From Bacteroidia bacterium (GTDB lineage Bacteria > Bacteroidota > Bacteroidia > Chitinophagales > Saprospiraceae), in assembly GCA_018680275.1 (NCBI GenBank), contig JAHHJO010000005.1, positions 1 through 28,543 of the forward strand: a DNA stretch of 28,543 bases, in the 5' to 3' direction. A model generated the notes under the pieces. That model was given only the letters and a program-made list of their open reading frames with translations, made no database searches and was not told where the DNA came from. A program made the translations under genes and the position numbers. Every line of letters starts with the position of its first letter. Position 1 is the first letter of the stretch. This document shows positions 8,084 through 17,500 of this stretch, piece after piece.

Positions 8084-10207
8084 ATGATAAGGAAGTTGTG
8101 TTATTCAGCTTTTTGCTTTTTTATTATATCTGTACTGGGTTCAGCACAGACTGACCTTGCTATGGATACAATTAGCAACGACCTGGAACAGGAATATAGA
8201 GACACCTGGAAGACACCATATATATCTGATGATATGACCACTGATCCTGAACTCAATAAGAGTTGGAGAATGGGCGATTATAAATACGCATCAAAACCCA
8301 AAGATTCCTGGGAACTTGGATTTAGTGTCGGTCATTTTTTTATTGATGGAGATGTTGATCGGGAAATTCCAGCTGGATTTGGTGTTACAGCACATCTTCG
8401 TAAATCAATCAATTATGTGCTTTCAATAAAGGGCTCTGTTTTCTATGGTAAAGCCAGGGGACTGGAAGCACAACCGGCCCGACACAGAAATAGTCTGAAT
8501 TCGAATGGCGTAGGAGGTGGTCTTGTGGAAGCAACTTTTTTAGATTACGATCCAAACCTTGGCGGACCTGGAGTATGGTTTCCCAACCATGAAACCACAT
8601 ATATGGCAGGGTATCTTTCAGCTGTCATCAATGTTGGTAATCTTCTCTTTCATAAAGAAAGGAACAAATGGAACTGGTATGCTACACTTGGTGTAGGCCT
8701 GGATCATCATACAGCTAAACTGGATTTATTGGATAACAACGGACTCCCTTATATGGATCTGATCAGCAGGCTTAACTGGACCAGGGATGAGTTTAATACA
8801 AAAGTAGGGAGGGACCGTATAAAATCTGAATTGGGTGTAATCTACGATGGTGTTTATGAAACAGAAGGATTTAAGAAAGAGGGTATATTCAGAATCGGAG
8901 ATGACTTTAATATTCATGTCGTTTTCGTTCCTTCCATGGGCGTTTCCAGGAAGATATCAAAACGGTTGAATATTGGTATAGAACACCAGATCTTCCTTTC
9001 CGATAATGATTACCTGGATGGTAATAAATACAGAACTGCATTAGACCAGACAAACAATGTTGATATAGGCCATTATACAAATCTGACAATTGGCGTGAAC
9101 CTGGGGAATTTCTCAGAGGTCACAGAGCCTTTGTACTGGCTTAATCCAATTGATGTCGCATATAATGATATTGCCATTCTGAAGTCAAAGTCTACGCTTG
9201 ATCTGACAGACGAAGACAATGATGGTATTATTGATATTCTTGACCTGGAACTTGATACGCCTGAAGACTGCCCGGTAGACACAAGAGGTGTTTTACTGGA
9301 TAGCGATGGTGATGGAATCGTGGATTGTGAAGATAAAGAGCCATTTTCAAGACCAGGCTGTCCAGTAGATGAATTTGGTGTTTCACAATGCGAAGACGAT
9401 TGTTGCACAGACGAAGAAGCAATAAACAGGCTCATAGATGCAAGAACTGAAGAACTCAGAAATGCATTGCTATTGAGAACAGGAGACAATTCGACTGCAC
9501 CTGGAGGAAATCAAGGTAATATTTCAGGAAGAACCACAGAAACTACAATTACTGATGCACCTTCTACAACAGGACAACCAACCAGTGGTGGTGGCACTGT
9601 TAAAGAAGGAACATCCAAAGAAGGAACAACCAAAGAAGGAACATCCAAAGAAGGAACAACAGTTATAAGTAAAACAGGAACCCCTGTCAGCGGAGGAGGA
9701 ACAACAGGAACATCAACGACATCCGGACCATATACGACCTATGTCAGAACCGGCTGCGGAGACTGGTTCCTGCCAATGATCCACTTTGATCTCAATAAAG
9801 ACATCATCAAGCCGGAATATTTCAGTCACCTTCATAATGTAGCACAGGTAATGGCTAAATGTCCTGAGGTTTGCGTTGTTGCACAAGGACACACTGATTC
9901 AAGACATTCCAATGATTACAACAGGGTGCTTTCTTACAGACGTGCCAAAGCGGCTGTAGATTATCTTGTTGAAAATTACGGTATTGACAGGAGCAGAATT
10001 AAACTGATGTATGGAGGTGAAGAAAACCCGATGGTCAAATCGCCTACAAGTGAAGCACACCATTTCATGAACAGGAGAGTTGAATTCAGAACATGCGATG
10101 CCAATGATTTTAATATGGCAGCCCCTGAAGGATATAATCCGAATGCTTCCAAATCATCATCAAACAGACCAGAATATTATAACGGAAACAAGTCTTCCGG
10201 ATATTAA
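8084..10207 (+). CDS. OmpA-family outer membrane protein: N-terminal beta-barrel, thrombospondin type 3 Ca-binding repeats, Thr/Gly linker, C-terminal OmpA peptidoglycan-binding domain
   Basis: Signal peptide ending SA-Q; barrel strands (WELGFSVG, LNIGIE, NDYLDG, EPLYWLNP); DEDNDGIID and DSDGDGIVD repeats; IHFDLNK, GHTDSR, YNRVLSYRRAKA, NRRVEF. Confidence 0.9.
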   Translation: MIRKLCYSAFCFFIISVLGSAQTDLAMDTISNDLEQEYRDTWKTPYISDDMTTDPELNKSWRMGDYKYASKPKDSWELGFSVGHFFIDGDVDREIPAGFGVTAHLRKSINYVLSIKGSVFYGKARGLEAQPARHRNSLNSNGVGGGLVEATFLDYDPNLGGPGVWFPNHETTYMAGYLSAVINVGNLLFHKERNKWNWYATLGVGLDHHTAKLDLLDNNGLPYMDLISRLNWTRDEFNTKVGRDRIKSELGVIYDGVYETEGFKKEGIFRIGDDFNIHVVFVPSMGVSRKISKRLNIGIEHQIFLSDNDYLDGNKYRTALDQTNNVDIGHYTNLTIGVNLGNFSEVTEPLYWLNPIDVAYNDIAILKSKSTLDLTDEDNDGIIDILDLELDTPEDCPVDTRGVLLDSDGDGIVDCEDKEPFSRPGCPVDEFGVSQCEDDCCTDEEAINRLIDARTEELRNALLLRTGDNSTAPGGNQGNISGRTTETTITDAPSTTGQPTSGGGTVKEGTSKEGTTKEGTSKEGTTVISKTGTPVSGGGTTGTSTTSGPYTTYVRTGCGDWFLPMIHFDLNKDIIKPEYFSHLHNVAQVMAKCPEVCVVAQGHTDSRHSNDYNRVLSYRRAKAAVDYLVENYGIDRSRIKLMYGGEENPMVKSPTSEAHHFMNRRVEFRTCDANDFNMAAPEGYNPNASKSSSNRPEYYNGNKSSGY
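9602..9661 (+). repeat. In-frame 15-bp tandem repeat x4 (30-bp unit x2) encoding KEGTS-KEGTT-KEGTS-KEGTT
   Basis: aaagaaggaacatcc aaagaaggaacaacc aaagaaggaacatcc aaagaaggaacaaca, read directly. Confidence 0.95.
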
Positions 10208-10229
10208 AATATAATCTAGAATAGGTAGA

Positions 10230-10265
10230 AAAAAAGCCGGTACATTATTAATGTCCGGCTTTTTT
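10230..10265. terminator. Bidirectional intrinsic terminator between the convergent ompA-like gene and pdhC
   Basis: AAAAAAGCCGG-t-ACATTA / TAATGT-CCGGCTTTTTT stem, with an A-run on one side and a T-run on the other. Confidence 0.85.
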
Positions 10266-10283
10266 ATTTGTCGTACTTAAAAG

Positions 10284-10353
10284 CAGTACGCAGTAAACAG
10301 TGTTCCATACTTGATACTGTGTACTTGATACTGAATACTTATTACTGAGTACC
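10284..10353. repeat. Inverted array of degenerate heptamer repeats
   Basis: CAGTACG CAGTAAA CAGTGTT (10284-10304), then TACTTGA TACTGTG TACTTGA TACTGAA TACTTAT TACTGAG TACC (10308-10353). CAGTA is the reverse complement of TACTG. Confidence 0.8.
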
Positions 10354-10364
10354 AGGTAAAATTT

Positions 10365-11645
10365 TTAGTATAGAATCTTTACAGGATTCTCAAGGAATGA
10401 CTTCAGCGTTTGAAGGAAAGCAGCCCCTTTGGCGCCATCTACAATGCGGTGATCGCATGATAATGTGACTTTCATAATTGATCCCACGACGATTTCACCG
10501 TTTTTCACGACTGGCTTTTCAACGATTGATCCAACGGCAAGTATACATGCATCTGGAGGATTAATAATCGCTGTGAATTCATCGATATCAAACATCCCCA
10601 GGTTACTTATTGTAAATGTGTTTCCGGACATTTCTTCAGGTTGTATCTTTCTTTCTCTTGCTTTTCCAGCAAGAACTTTAATCTCACTTTTAAGCATACT
10701 AAGAGATTTCAGGTCTGCATTCCTGATGACTGGTACCATAAGTCCTTCATCGATCGCGACAGCAACACCGATGTTGATATCCCTGTGGTAAGTTATCTTG
10801 TCATCAAACCAACTGGCATTGATTTCAGGATGATTGCGCAATGCGGCAGCACTTGCCTTAACGATCATATCATTGAATGAGATTCTGATTTCAGCATCTT
10901 CATTAATAGCTTCCCTGGCTGTTATGGCATTACCCATATCTATCTCCATGGTCAGGTAGAAATGAGGCGCTGAAAATTTGCTCTCACCCAATCTCCGGGC
11001 AATGATCTTTCGCATTTGGGAAAGTGGTTTGTCACCATAGACACTCTCATCAATTGTACCAGGTATAGCCATCATTCCTGAACTGGCCGGAGCCGAAGGA
11101 ACTCCATTGGCAATGGCATGGTCAATATCTTTTTTGACGATCCTCCCATTTTCACCAGTTCCCTGGATCCTGGAAATATCAATCCCGCTTTCTTCAGCCA
11201 TTTTTCTGGCTAGCGGACTTGCTTTGATACGACCGTCTGATGGGGCAGCAACAACTTGCGCAGGTGCAGCAGGTGCAGCTGTCTGAACTGCAGCCGGTTT
11301 AGCTTCAACTGGAGCAGCAACTGTCACTTCAGCAGGTGCAGCAGGTGCTTCCTCGCTTGATTTGTTCGCCTCTTCTTCAATTTCCTTGAGAATGGCCGCT
11401 ATATCTTCATCCTTGTCTCCGATGATCGCAATGACGCCTTCTACTGGTACAGGACCTTGTTCCACTCCGATATGGAGCAGTACACCTTCATTAAAACTTT
11501 CCAGGTCCATTGTTGCCTTGTCGGTTTCGACCTCTGCCAGGATATCTCCCGGCTCAACGGCATCTCCAACTTTCTTGAGCCAGGAAACAATATTTCCTTC
11601 CTCCATGGTATCACTTAATCTGGGCATTCTGATAACTTCAGCCAT
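10365..11645 (-). CDS. pdhC: Pyruvate dehydrogenase E2, dihydrolipoamide acetyltransferase (single lipoyl domain)
   Basis: MPRLSDTMEEG, lipoyl site ETDKA, Ala/Pro linker, ASPLARK E3-binding domain, APHFYL, catalytic DHRIVDG. Confidence 0.95.
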   Translation of the reverse strand: MAEVIRMPRLSDTMEEGNIVSWLKKVGDAVEPGDILAEVETDKATMDLESFNEGVLLHIGVEQGPVPVEGVIAIIGDKDEDIAAILKEIEEEANKSSEEAPAAPAEVTVAAPVEAKPAAVQTAAPAAPAQVVAAPSDGRIKASPLARKMAEESGIDISRIQGTGENGRIVKKDIDHAIANGVPSAPASSGMMAIPGTIDESVYGDKPLSQMRKIIARRLGESKFSAPHFYLTMEIDMGNAITAREAINEDAEIRISFNDMIVKASAAALRNHPEINASWFDDKITYHRDINIGVAVAIDEGLMVPVIRNADLKSLSMLKSEIKVLAGKARERKIQPEEMSGNTFTISNLGMFDIDEFTAIINPPDACILAVGSIVEKPVVKNGEIVVGSIMKVTLSCDHRIVDGAKGAAFLQTLKSFLENPVKILY

Positions 11646-11665
11646 ATCGTGTTTTGATTTAGTTA

Positions 11666-11699
11666 CAAATGTAATGATGATTTAGAATTATCAATCAAA
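11666..11699 (-). promoter_or_regulatory. Bacteroidota sigma70 promoter for pdhC (TTTG-N22-TACATTTG)
   Basis: Plus-strand caaatgta at 11666-11673 and caaa at 11696-11699; the -7 element is 20 nt upstream of the ATG. Confidence 0.6.
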
Positions 11700-11713
11700 A
11701 ATCACTGCATTTG

Positions 11714-11735
11714 ATAATCTGATATTTCAGATTAT
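11714..11735. promoter_or_regulatory. Perfect 9-4-9 palindrome, candidate operator
   Basis: ATAATCTGA-TATT-TCAGATTAT in the divergent pdhC/recR spacer. The palindrome is seen directly; the operator role is inference. Confidence 0.5.
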
Positions 11736-11742
11736 AAATAGC

Positions 11743-11750
11743 TATTTTTG
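11743..11750 (+). promoter_or_regulatory. -7 element (TATTTTTG) pointing toward recR
   Basis: Exact TAnnTTTG, 112 nt upstream of the recR ATG. Confidence 0.5.
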
Positions 11751-11776
11751 TTAATGTGAAAATCAGCATAATGTTT

Positions 11777-11805
11777 AGGACCTTTATAAAACAGGGTCTT
11801 TTTTT
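11777..11805 (+). terminator. Terminator-like hairpin in the recR leader
   Basis: AGGACCTT / AGGGTCTT stem with G-U pairs, followed by T7 (11799-11805). The stem is modest. Confidence 0.35.
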
Positions 11806-11862
11806 GTTAAGCAAAGCAGATCTGTTACTTACTAAATGTATTTACAAAGGTAGAATTGAACT

Positions 11863-12477
11863 ATGAAGTATTCATCCAAAACACTTGAAAGAGCAGTAGA
11901 AGCTTTGAATTCATTGCCGAGTATCGGGAAGAAATCAGCATTGAGGCTGGTTTTGCACCTTGCAGGAAATAATGGAGATAAAAAGAAAAGAATTATCGAG
12001 GCCATAAAATCCTTGTCAGAAGATTTGAAATCCTGCAAGGTCTGTAATAATTACTCTGATACCGAGATTTGTAATATTTGTGCTGATCCGGTAAGGAATA
12101 AAAGATTGATCTGTGTTGTTGAATCTGTAAAGGATGTCATGGCCATTGAAAATACTCAGCAATTCAATGGAGTCTACCATATCCTGGGAGGAATCATATC
12201 TCCATTAGAAGGAATTGGTCCTGAAGACTTGCATATTGATGCCCTTTTACAAAGAGTATCCGATGAGGATGTCGAAGAATTGATCATGGCAATTACACCA
12301 TCTATTGAAGGAGATACGACAATTTATTACCTTTCCAAATTATTGAAAGAAAGCGTCAGAATTTCTACGATCGCCCGCGGTGTTTCGTTCGGAGGAGAAC
12401 TCGAATATGCAGATGAACTCACACTGGGCAGATCTATACATAGCAGGACAGATTACAATAATCAGATCTCGGTCTGA
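11863..12477 (+). CDS. recR: Recombination mediator RecR
   Basis: HhH LPSIGKKSALR, C4 zinc finger CKVC...ICNIC, Toprim ICVVE, LGGIISPLEGIGP, SIEGDTT, LEYADELTL. Confidence 0.97.
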   Translation: MKYSSKTLERAVEALNSLPSIGKKSALRLVLHLAGNNGDKKKRIIEAIKSLSEDLKSCKVCNNYSDTEICNICADPVRNKRLICVVESVKDVMAIENTQQFNGVYHILGGIISPLEGIGPEDLHIDALLQRVSDEDVEELIMAITPSIEGDTTIYYLSKLLKESVRISTIARGVSFGGELEYADELTLGRSIHSRTDYNNQISV

Positions 12478-12496
12478 CGTTTAGTTAGAACGAATT

Positions 12497-14443
12497 ATGC
12501 CAACGCTCAGCCTCGTCATTGTCAGTTATAATGTGAAACACTTTTTGCGTCAGTGCCTGCAATCTGTGATCGGATCTGACTTTGAAGGGAAGATGGAAAT
12601 ATGGGTTGTTGATAATAATTCCTCCGATGGTTCTGTCAATATGATCAATTCAGATTTTCCTGAAGTCAAATTGATAACCAACAAAAGTAACCTTGGTTTT
12701 TCCAAAGCAAATAACCAGGCGATTGAACAAATAGATTCTGATTATACACTTATTCTAAATCCAGACACTCTATTGGAAGAAGATACCCTTTCGAAATGTG
12801 TATCCTATATGGAAAGGAATACAGACATCGGTGCCTTGGGTGTGAAAATGATAGACGGATCAGGCAAGTATTTACCTGAGTCAAAACGAGGGTTTCCTTC
12901 ACCGCTGAATGCCATTTATAAATTATCCGGCCTGAACAGAATTTTCCGGAAATCAGCTTTACTCAATGCCTATTACATGGGGCATTTACAAAATGATAGT
13001 ACCTCAGATATTGATGTTCTGACAGGTGCATTTATGATGATGCCAACTCATTTACTCAAAGACATAGGAGGATTTGATGAAGATTACTTCATGTATGGAG
13101 AAGATATTGAGCTTTGCTACCAGGTAAAAAATAAAGGCTACAGGATAGTTTATTTTCCAAAGTCCAAGATTGTTCATTTCAAAGGAGAAAGTACCCAAAA
13201 ATCCAGCATTCGCTATATCAGGAACTTCTATGGAGCTATGCACAAATATGCCCGTAAAAGGAATACTGGTTCTGGAGCATTATGGAATTTGCTCATTCCG
13301 GTCGGAATCTTCGTGTCAGCCATAAACGGATCATTAAAAAATATTCTTATCCCTGCACTCAGGCCTTTCAACGATATATTTATTATCGGACTGTCAGCAA
13401 TAATTATCAAGAGACTATGGGCACAGCTTTATTTTCAGCAGCCGGATTATTACCAGGGGACTCAGAGTAACTTAACGATCATCGTTTGTTCCATGATCAT
13501 GGTATTTTGTTATTACCTGTTTGGACAATATGACAAAAGACATAATATCAAACACCTTTTCCTCGGGTTTATATTCGGATCCCTGATGATGCTTTCAGTA
13601 TATAGCCTGCTGCCGCAAGATCTGAGATTTTCAAGGATTATCCTGCTCCTGATGGCGGGCATCTCTCCGATACTATTATTATTGACCAGGAAGTTTTATA
13701 ACCTTTTGTTACTTGGGAAATCTAGTTTCGACGGGATTGGAACAAAACGGATTGCAGTTATCGGATCTGAAAATTCTATGTCAGACATTAAGAAGATTAT
13801 TGAAAGCTATTATTCAACTGCCAATATAGATCAAATCGATCCCGAGCAAATCAGGAACCTTAATGAAGATGTGAATGAGAATCTATTATCCTTTGTAAAA
13901 TCACGCTATATCAATGAATTGATTTTTTGCAGTAAGGATTTATCGAGTCAGTCTATGTTTCATATTATGTCACTACTTGGCGACAGGATCACATATAAAA
14001 TTGCCAATGATGATAACTCGGGAATACTTGGAAGCGATTCCAAAAACAGGGTAGGTGAGTGGTATACAGTTGATATCAGTTTTAAAATCGATCAGCTTTT
14101 TCACAGGAGGCTTAAACGGTTGTTTGATTTGATCTTTACATGTCTTATTCTATTGTTATCACCTATTTTGCTTTTTGTAAACAGAAATTCATTCAAAGTC
14201 CTGAAATATAGTATTGCTTTATTGATGGGTAAAAGAACATTGGTCGCTTATATCAAAAGTGATGACAGACTCGATGAATTACCTGCCCTTAGAGATTCAG
14301 TATTTGAATTGGTTCCGGAGCTTTCAATTGATCCTGGTAATCCTGCACAAATACACCAGGCCAACCTGTATTATGCCAGGCATTATAATGTATGGATGGA
14401 AGCAGCTTATTTGTACAGGGCTTTATTTAAGCCAAATGACTGA
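12497..14443 (+). CDS. GT2 family glycosyltransferase fused to membrane helices and a degenerate sugar-transferase (WcaJ-like) C-terminus
   Basis: VIVSYN, VDNNSSDGS, LNPDT, FMYGEDIELC; several hydrophobic helices; KRLFDLIF near the C-terminus. Confidence 0.85.
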   Translation: MPTLSLVIVSYNVKHFLRQCLQSVIGSDFEGKMEIWVVDNNSSDGSVNMINSDFPEVKLITNKSNLGFSKANNQAIEQIDSDYTLILNPDTLLEEDTLSKCVSYMERNTDIGALGVKMIDGSGKYLPESKRGFPSPLNAIYKLSGLNRIFRKSALLNAYYMGHLQNDSTSDIDVLTGAFMMMPTHLLKDIGGFDEDYFMYGEDIELCYQVKNKGYRIVYFPKSKIVHFKGESTQKSSIRYIRNFYGAMHKYARKRNTGSGALWNLLIPVGIFVSAINGSLKNILIPALRPFNDIFIIGLSAIIIKRLWAQLYFQQPDYYQGTQSNLTIIVCSMIMVFCYYLFGQYDKRHNIKHLFLGFIFGSLMMLSVYSLLPQDLRFSRIILLLMAGISPILLLLTRKFYNLLLLGKSSFDGIGTKRIAVIGSENSMSDIKKIIESYYSTANIDQIDPEQIRNLNEDVNENLLSFVKSRYINELIFCSKDLSSQSMFHIMSLLGDRITYKIANDDNSGILGSDSKNRVGEWYTVDISFKIDQLFHRRLKRLFDLIFTCLILLLSPILLFVNRNSFKVLKYSIALLMGKRTLVAYIKSDDRLDELPALRDSVFELVPELSIDPGNPAQIHQANLYYARHYNVWMEAAYLYRALFKPND

Positions 14444-14481
14444 ATTTAGATACGTAGTTTTTCTAATCATCGATTAATTAA

Positions 14482-14502
14482 AATCTAACGTCTAAAGTCT
14501 AA
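14482..14502. repeat. Heptamer tandem repeat x3 (nnTCTAA)
   Basis: AATCTAA CGTCTAA AGTCTAA between two convergent stops. Confidence 0.55.
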
Positions 14503-14536
14503 AATCAACCATATTGACTTCTACATGTTCAAATCA

Positions 14537-17500
14537 TTACCGTAGATCATTCAATCGCAAGGTTTTCACATGATCATCGTTGCAACTAACCAATAGATAT
14601 TTCTCTCCTTTAATATCTATCAATTCCATATCCCGGCTATCACAATTTATGTACAATCCTGTTGAAGCAGGGCCTTGAAATTCAAAGTTCCCCTGGCCAT
14701 CCCCTAGACAAATGCCGCCTTTCGAACCATCGTATCTTACAGTCTCCACTTCAACCGGATAATGATTACCGGCAAATATAAAATCCAGCTTGCCATCCTT
14801 ATTTAAATCAGATACCACAAAATCTTTCACCGGACCCAATTGTACCTGGTAGGGCAAAGGGTGTGACTCGAACTTAAGGTTCCCCAGGTTTTCAAGATAT
14901 ACACTTTTGAAATCATAGATCATATAATGTAAGGAACTATCGAGCTTTTCATCGGTAAGTATTTCATTCAATGTCGCTTTGGCAAAGGCATCAAAGCTTT
15001 GAAATTTCTCACTGATGAAAGGCATTTCTTCAGAAGAACATTCCCGACCACGGACCGGGAACAATTCATCACCAATCACCTTAGCCAATACCACATCCTG
15101 ATCCCCGCTGCTGTCGAAGTCATCTGAAAAGACCTGGAAGGGCTTTTTGGAAGAAGGTTTGAATTTATTGTTCAGCCCAAGGTTGCCAAGCAGAAAATCA
15201 ATATCGCCATCATTGTCAAAATCCCCTTTTTCGACACGCCACCACCAGGAACGACTACTTTTATTATCGATATCAATTTCCTCTTTTATGAATCCATCTG
15301 CATTATTGATCAACAGTGTAATCGGCATCCATTCACCTACAAGTATCAGGTCCAAATCCTTGTCTCCGTCTAAATCAGCTGAAACAACATCTGTGACCAT
15401 ACCAAGAGAGTCAAATATTGTTTTTAAATAATCCTGGCCCGAACTAAGATATAGTTCGCTTGATGCTGGTAATGGATATGAACCCGGTATACCTCTTCCT
15501 CCAATAAAGAAATCATCCTTTTGATCATTGTTTAAATCGATGATTGCTGCGGCCTGGCTCTCAAGCCTGGATAATTCAATAGAATGGTTTGCTGAAAAAA
15601 GTCCTTTCCCGTTGTTGAGATATAATCGATCAACAATTCCTTTATTTCCTGAAGCAAATTCATGACCGCCACTTACAACATAGAGATCAAGATATCCATC
15701 ATCATCAAAATCGAATGATGAAGCCTCCATATCTTCAAAATTTTTATCCCGGATCAATGCAGGCTGTTCAGATTTATTAAAACCACCCTGCACGGTCTGG
15801 ATGAAAACGGAACCAGGATGACCTTTAGCGCCACCAATAAACACATCCTCCAAATCATCTCCATTGGCATCAAAGACTTCAATAAAAGGTCCGTTTTGAG
15901 ATATTTTGTGTGGCAAAAGTACTTGTTCTTTGTATTCATCAATTTCATTCTCAATATGCCTGAAGTCGATGAGTTTCTCATCTGTTACCAGCTCAATTGC
16001 ATCAAAATCAGATAAATGCATCCTCCTGGTTGTTTCATAGTCCACGAGTATTTCCTCATTTAATGAAGGATTTGCAATGACACTGCTTTGCAAATGGTCC
16101 CATTGTACAACAACTGAGTCAATCGCAGAAGCTTTTCCAATCCCGAAATGGATAATTGCAGGACAGCTCGACATATAACCCCTGCTTGAATTCATCATTG
16201 CCGTCTGAGTTTTATCCTGGTAATAAATACTGACCCTCGCACCGATCCCCTGTGGATTAAAATGTTTTCCTTTTAATCTGATATTTATCCAGTTATTGTT
16301 GTTTTTACTGGTATTCTTGAATATTGAGGCCACATGATTGGAATTGTTGATCACCACATCCATGTCTCCGTCATTGTCAAGGTCAGCAGTAGCCATACCA
16401 GACGAAAATCCTGCTTTTCCAAATCCCGCTTTTTCAGATACATTTTCAAATTTCAGCTTGCCTCTGTTTCTGTATGCAATATTATTTACGGGCGTTGATG
16501 GGATACTTGCTGTCACCTTTGCAATTTCATCGGGTGAAACGGCTCCTTTCAATTCCTGTCTCATTTTAACCAGGAAATCATTATTGCGTAAATCCTTCAA
16601 TAATCCATTTGAAACCAGGAGGTCCTGTAATCCGTCATTATCCATGTCTTCAAACAAGGCAGCCCAGCTCCAGTCCGTTTTAGCTATTCCGGAATAATGA
16701 GCTGTTTCTGAAAAATATCCATGCCCGGAATTCACGTGAAGATTATTGACTGCATACTGGTAATGTTCGCCTTGATTGACTAATTGCCAGAATAATTCGG
16801 GCTGCATGGATTCCATATTTGTTTTTGACCGGTAATGATCGCCAAATGCCATATCGAGGGTAATAAAATCGAGGGCGCCATCATTATTGATATCTGCAAC
16901 ATCCGAACCCATGGAGTAGAATGAACTGTGATCTATTCTTGTGTGTATTTCATTCCTGAATTGTCCTTTACCCTTGTTCATCATCAGCTGATCTCCTTCC
17001 TTGTAATCATTGCAGACATACAGATCGGTCCAGCCATCAAGATCAAAATCGGCTGTAACCGCACTCAAGCCGTATTTACGATTCTTCAATTGGTATGCAT
17101 CTGTCTTGTCGATGTATCTGCCATTTTCATTTTGAAAGTATTTATCAGAAAAGGGCAGGGTGAGCAAAGTTTCAGGTTTTGCAAGTTTCGCAGCATATTG
17201 ATCCATTGGTTGATTGACAAGATACATGTCCAGGTCACCGTCATTGTCAGGATCGAAGAAATAGGATTGGACAGAATAGCCTGGATCTGCTATTCCGTAT
17301 TGTTCTGCCTGTTCTGTGAATGTCAGATCGCCGTTATTGATGAATAGCTTATTCTTTCTGACGGATTCCTGGAGTAAAAAAAAGTTTTTACAGACATAGA
17401 TATCAAGAAGGCCATCCGCATTGACATCGACCATAGTAACCCCGGTAGACCATAATTTATCAACGATTCCGGCTGTGGTACTGATATCTTCAAACTGAAA

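Noticed and set aside
9073-9489. 138-aa antisense ORF inside the OmpA gene
   Set aside because: Its Ser-rich composition is just the reverse complement of Asp/Glu codons in the TSP3 region.
9602-10353. CRISPR interpretation of the 15/30-bp repeat or the heptamer array
   Set aside because: There are no unique spacers, the units are too short, one repeat is in-frame coding, and no cas genes are present.
11255-11350. GCAGGTGCA repeats in pdhC
   Set aside because: They encode the ordinary Ala/Pro inter-domain linker of E2 subunits.
11890-11950. RecR HhH reads LPSIG rather than LPGIG
   Set aside because: It is a single substitution and all other RecR motifs are intact; there is no evidence of altered function.
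14265-14290. LDELP in the GT2 C-terminus as an intact PGT catalytic motif
   Set aside because: It falls after, not before, the G..TLV segment, and the KFRSM and GPRP motifs are missing. It is probably coincidental or vestigial.
16338-17347. Plus-strand ORFs of 119 and 139 aa inside the VCBS gene
   Set aside because: They are antisense shadows with no start signals or motifs.
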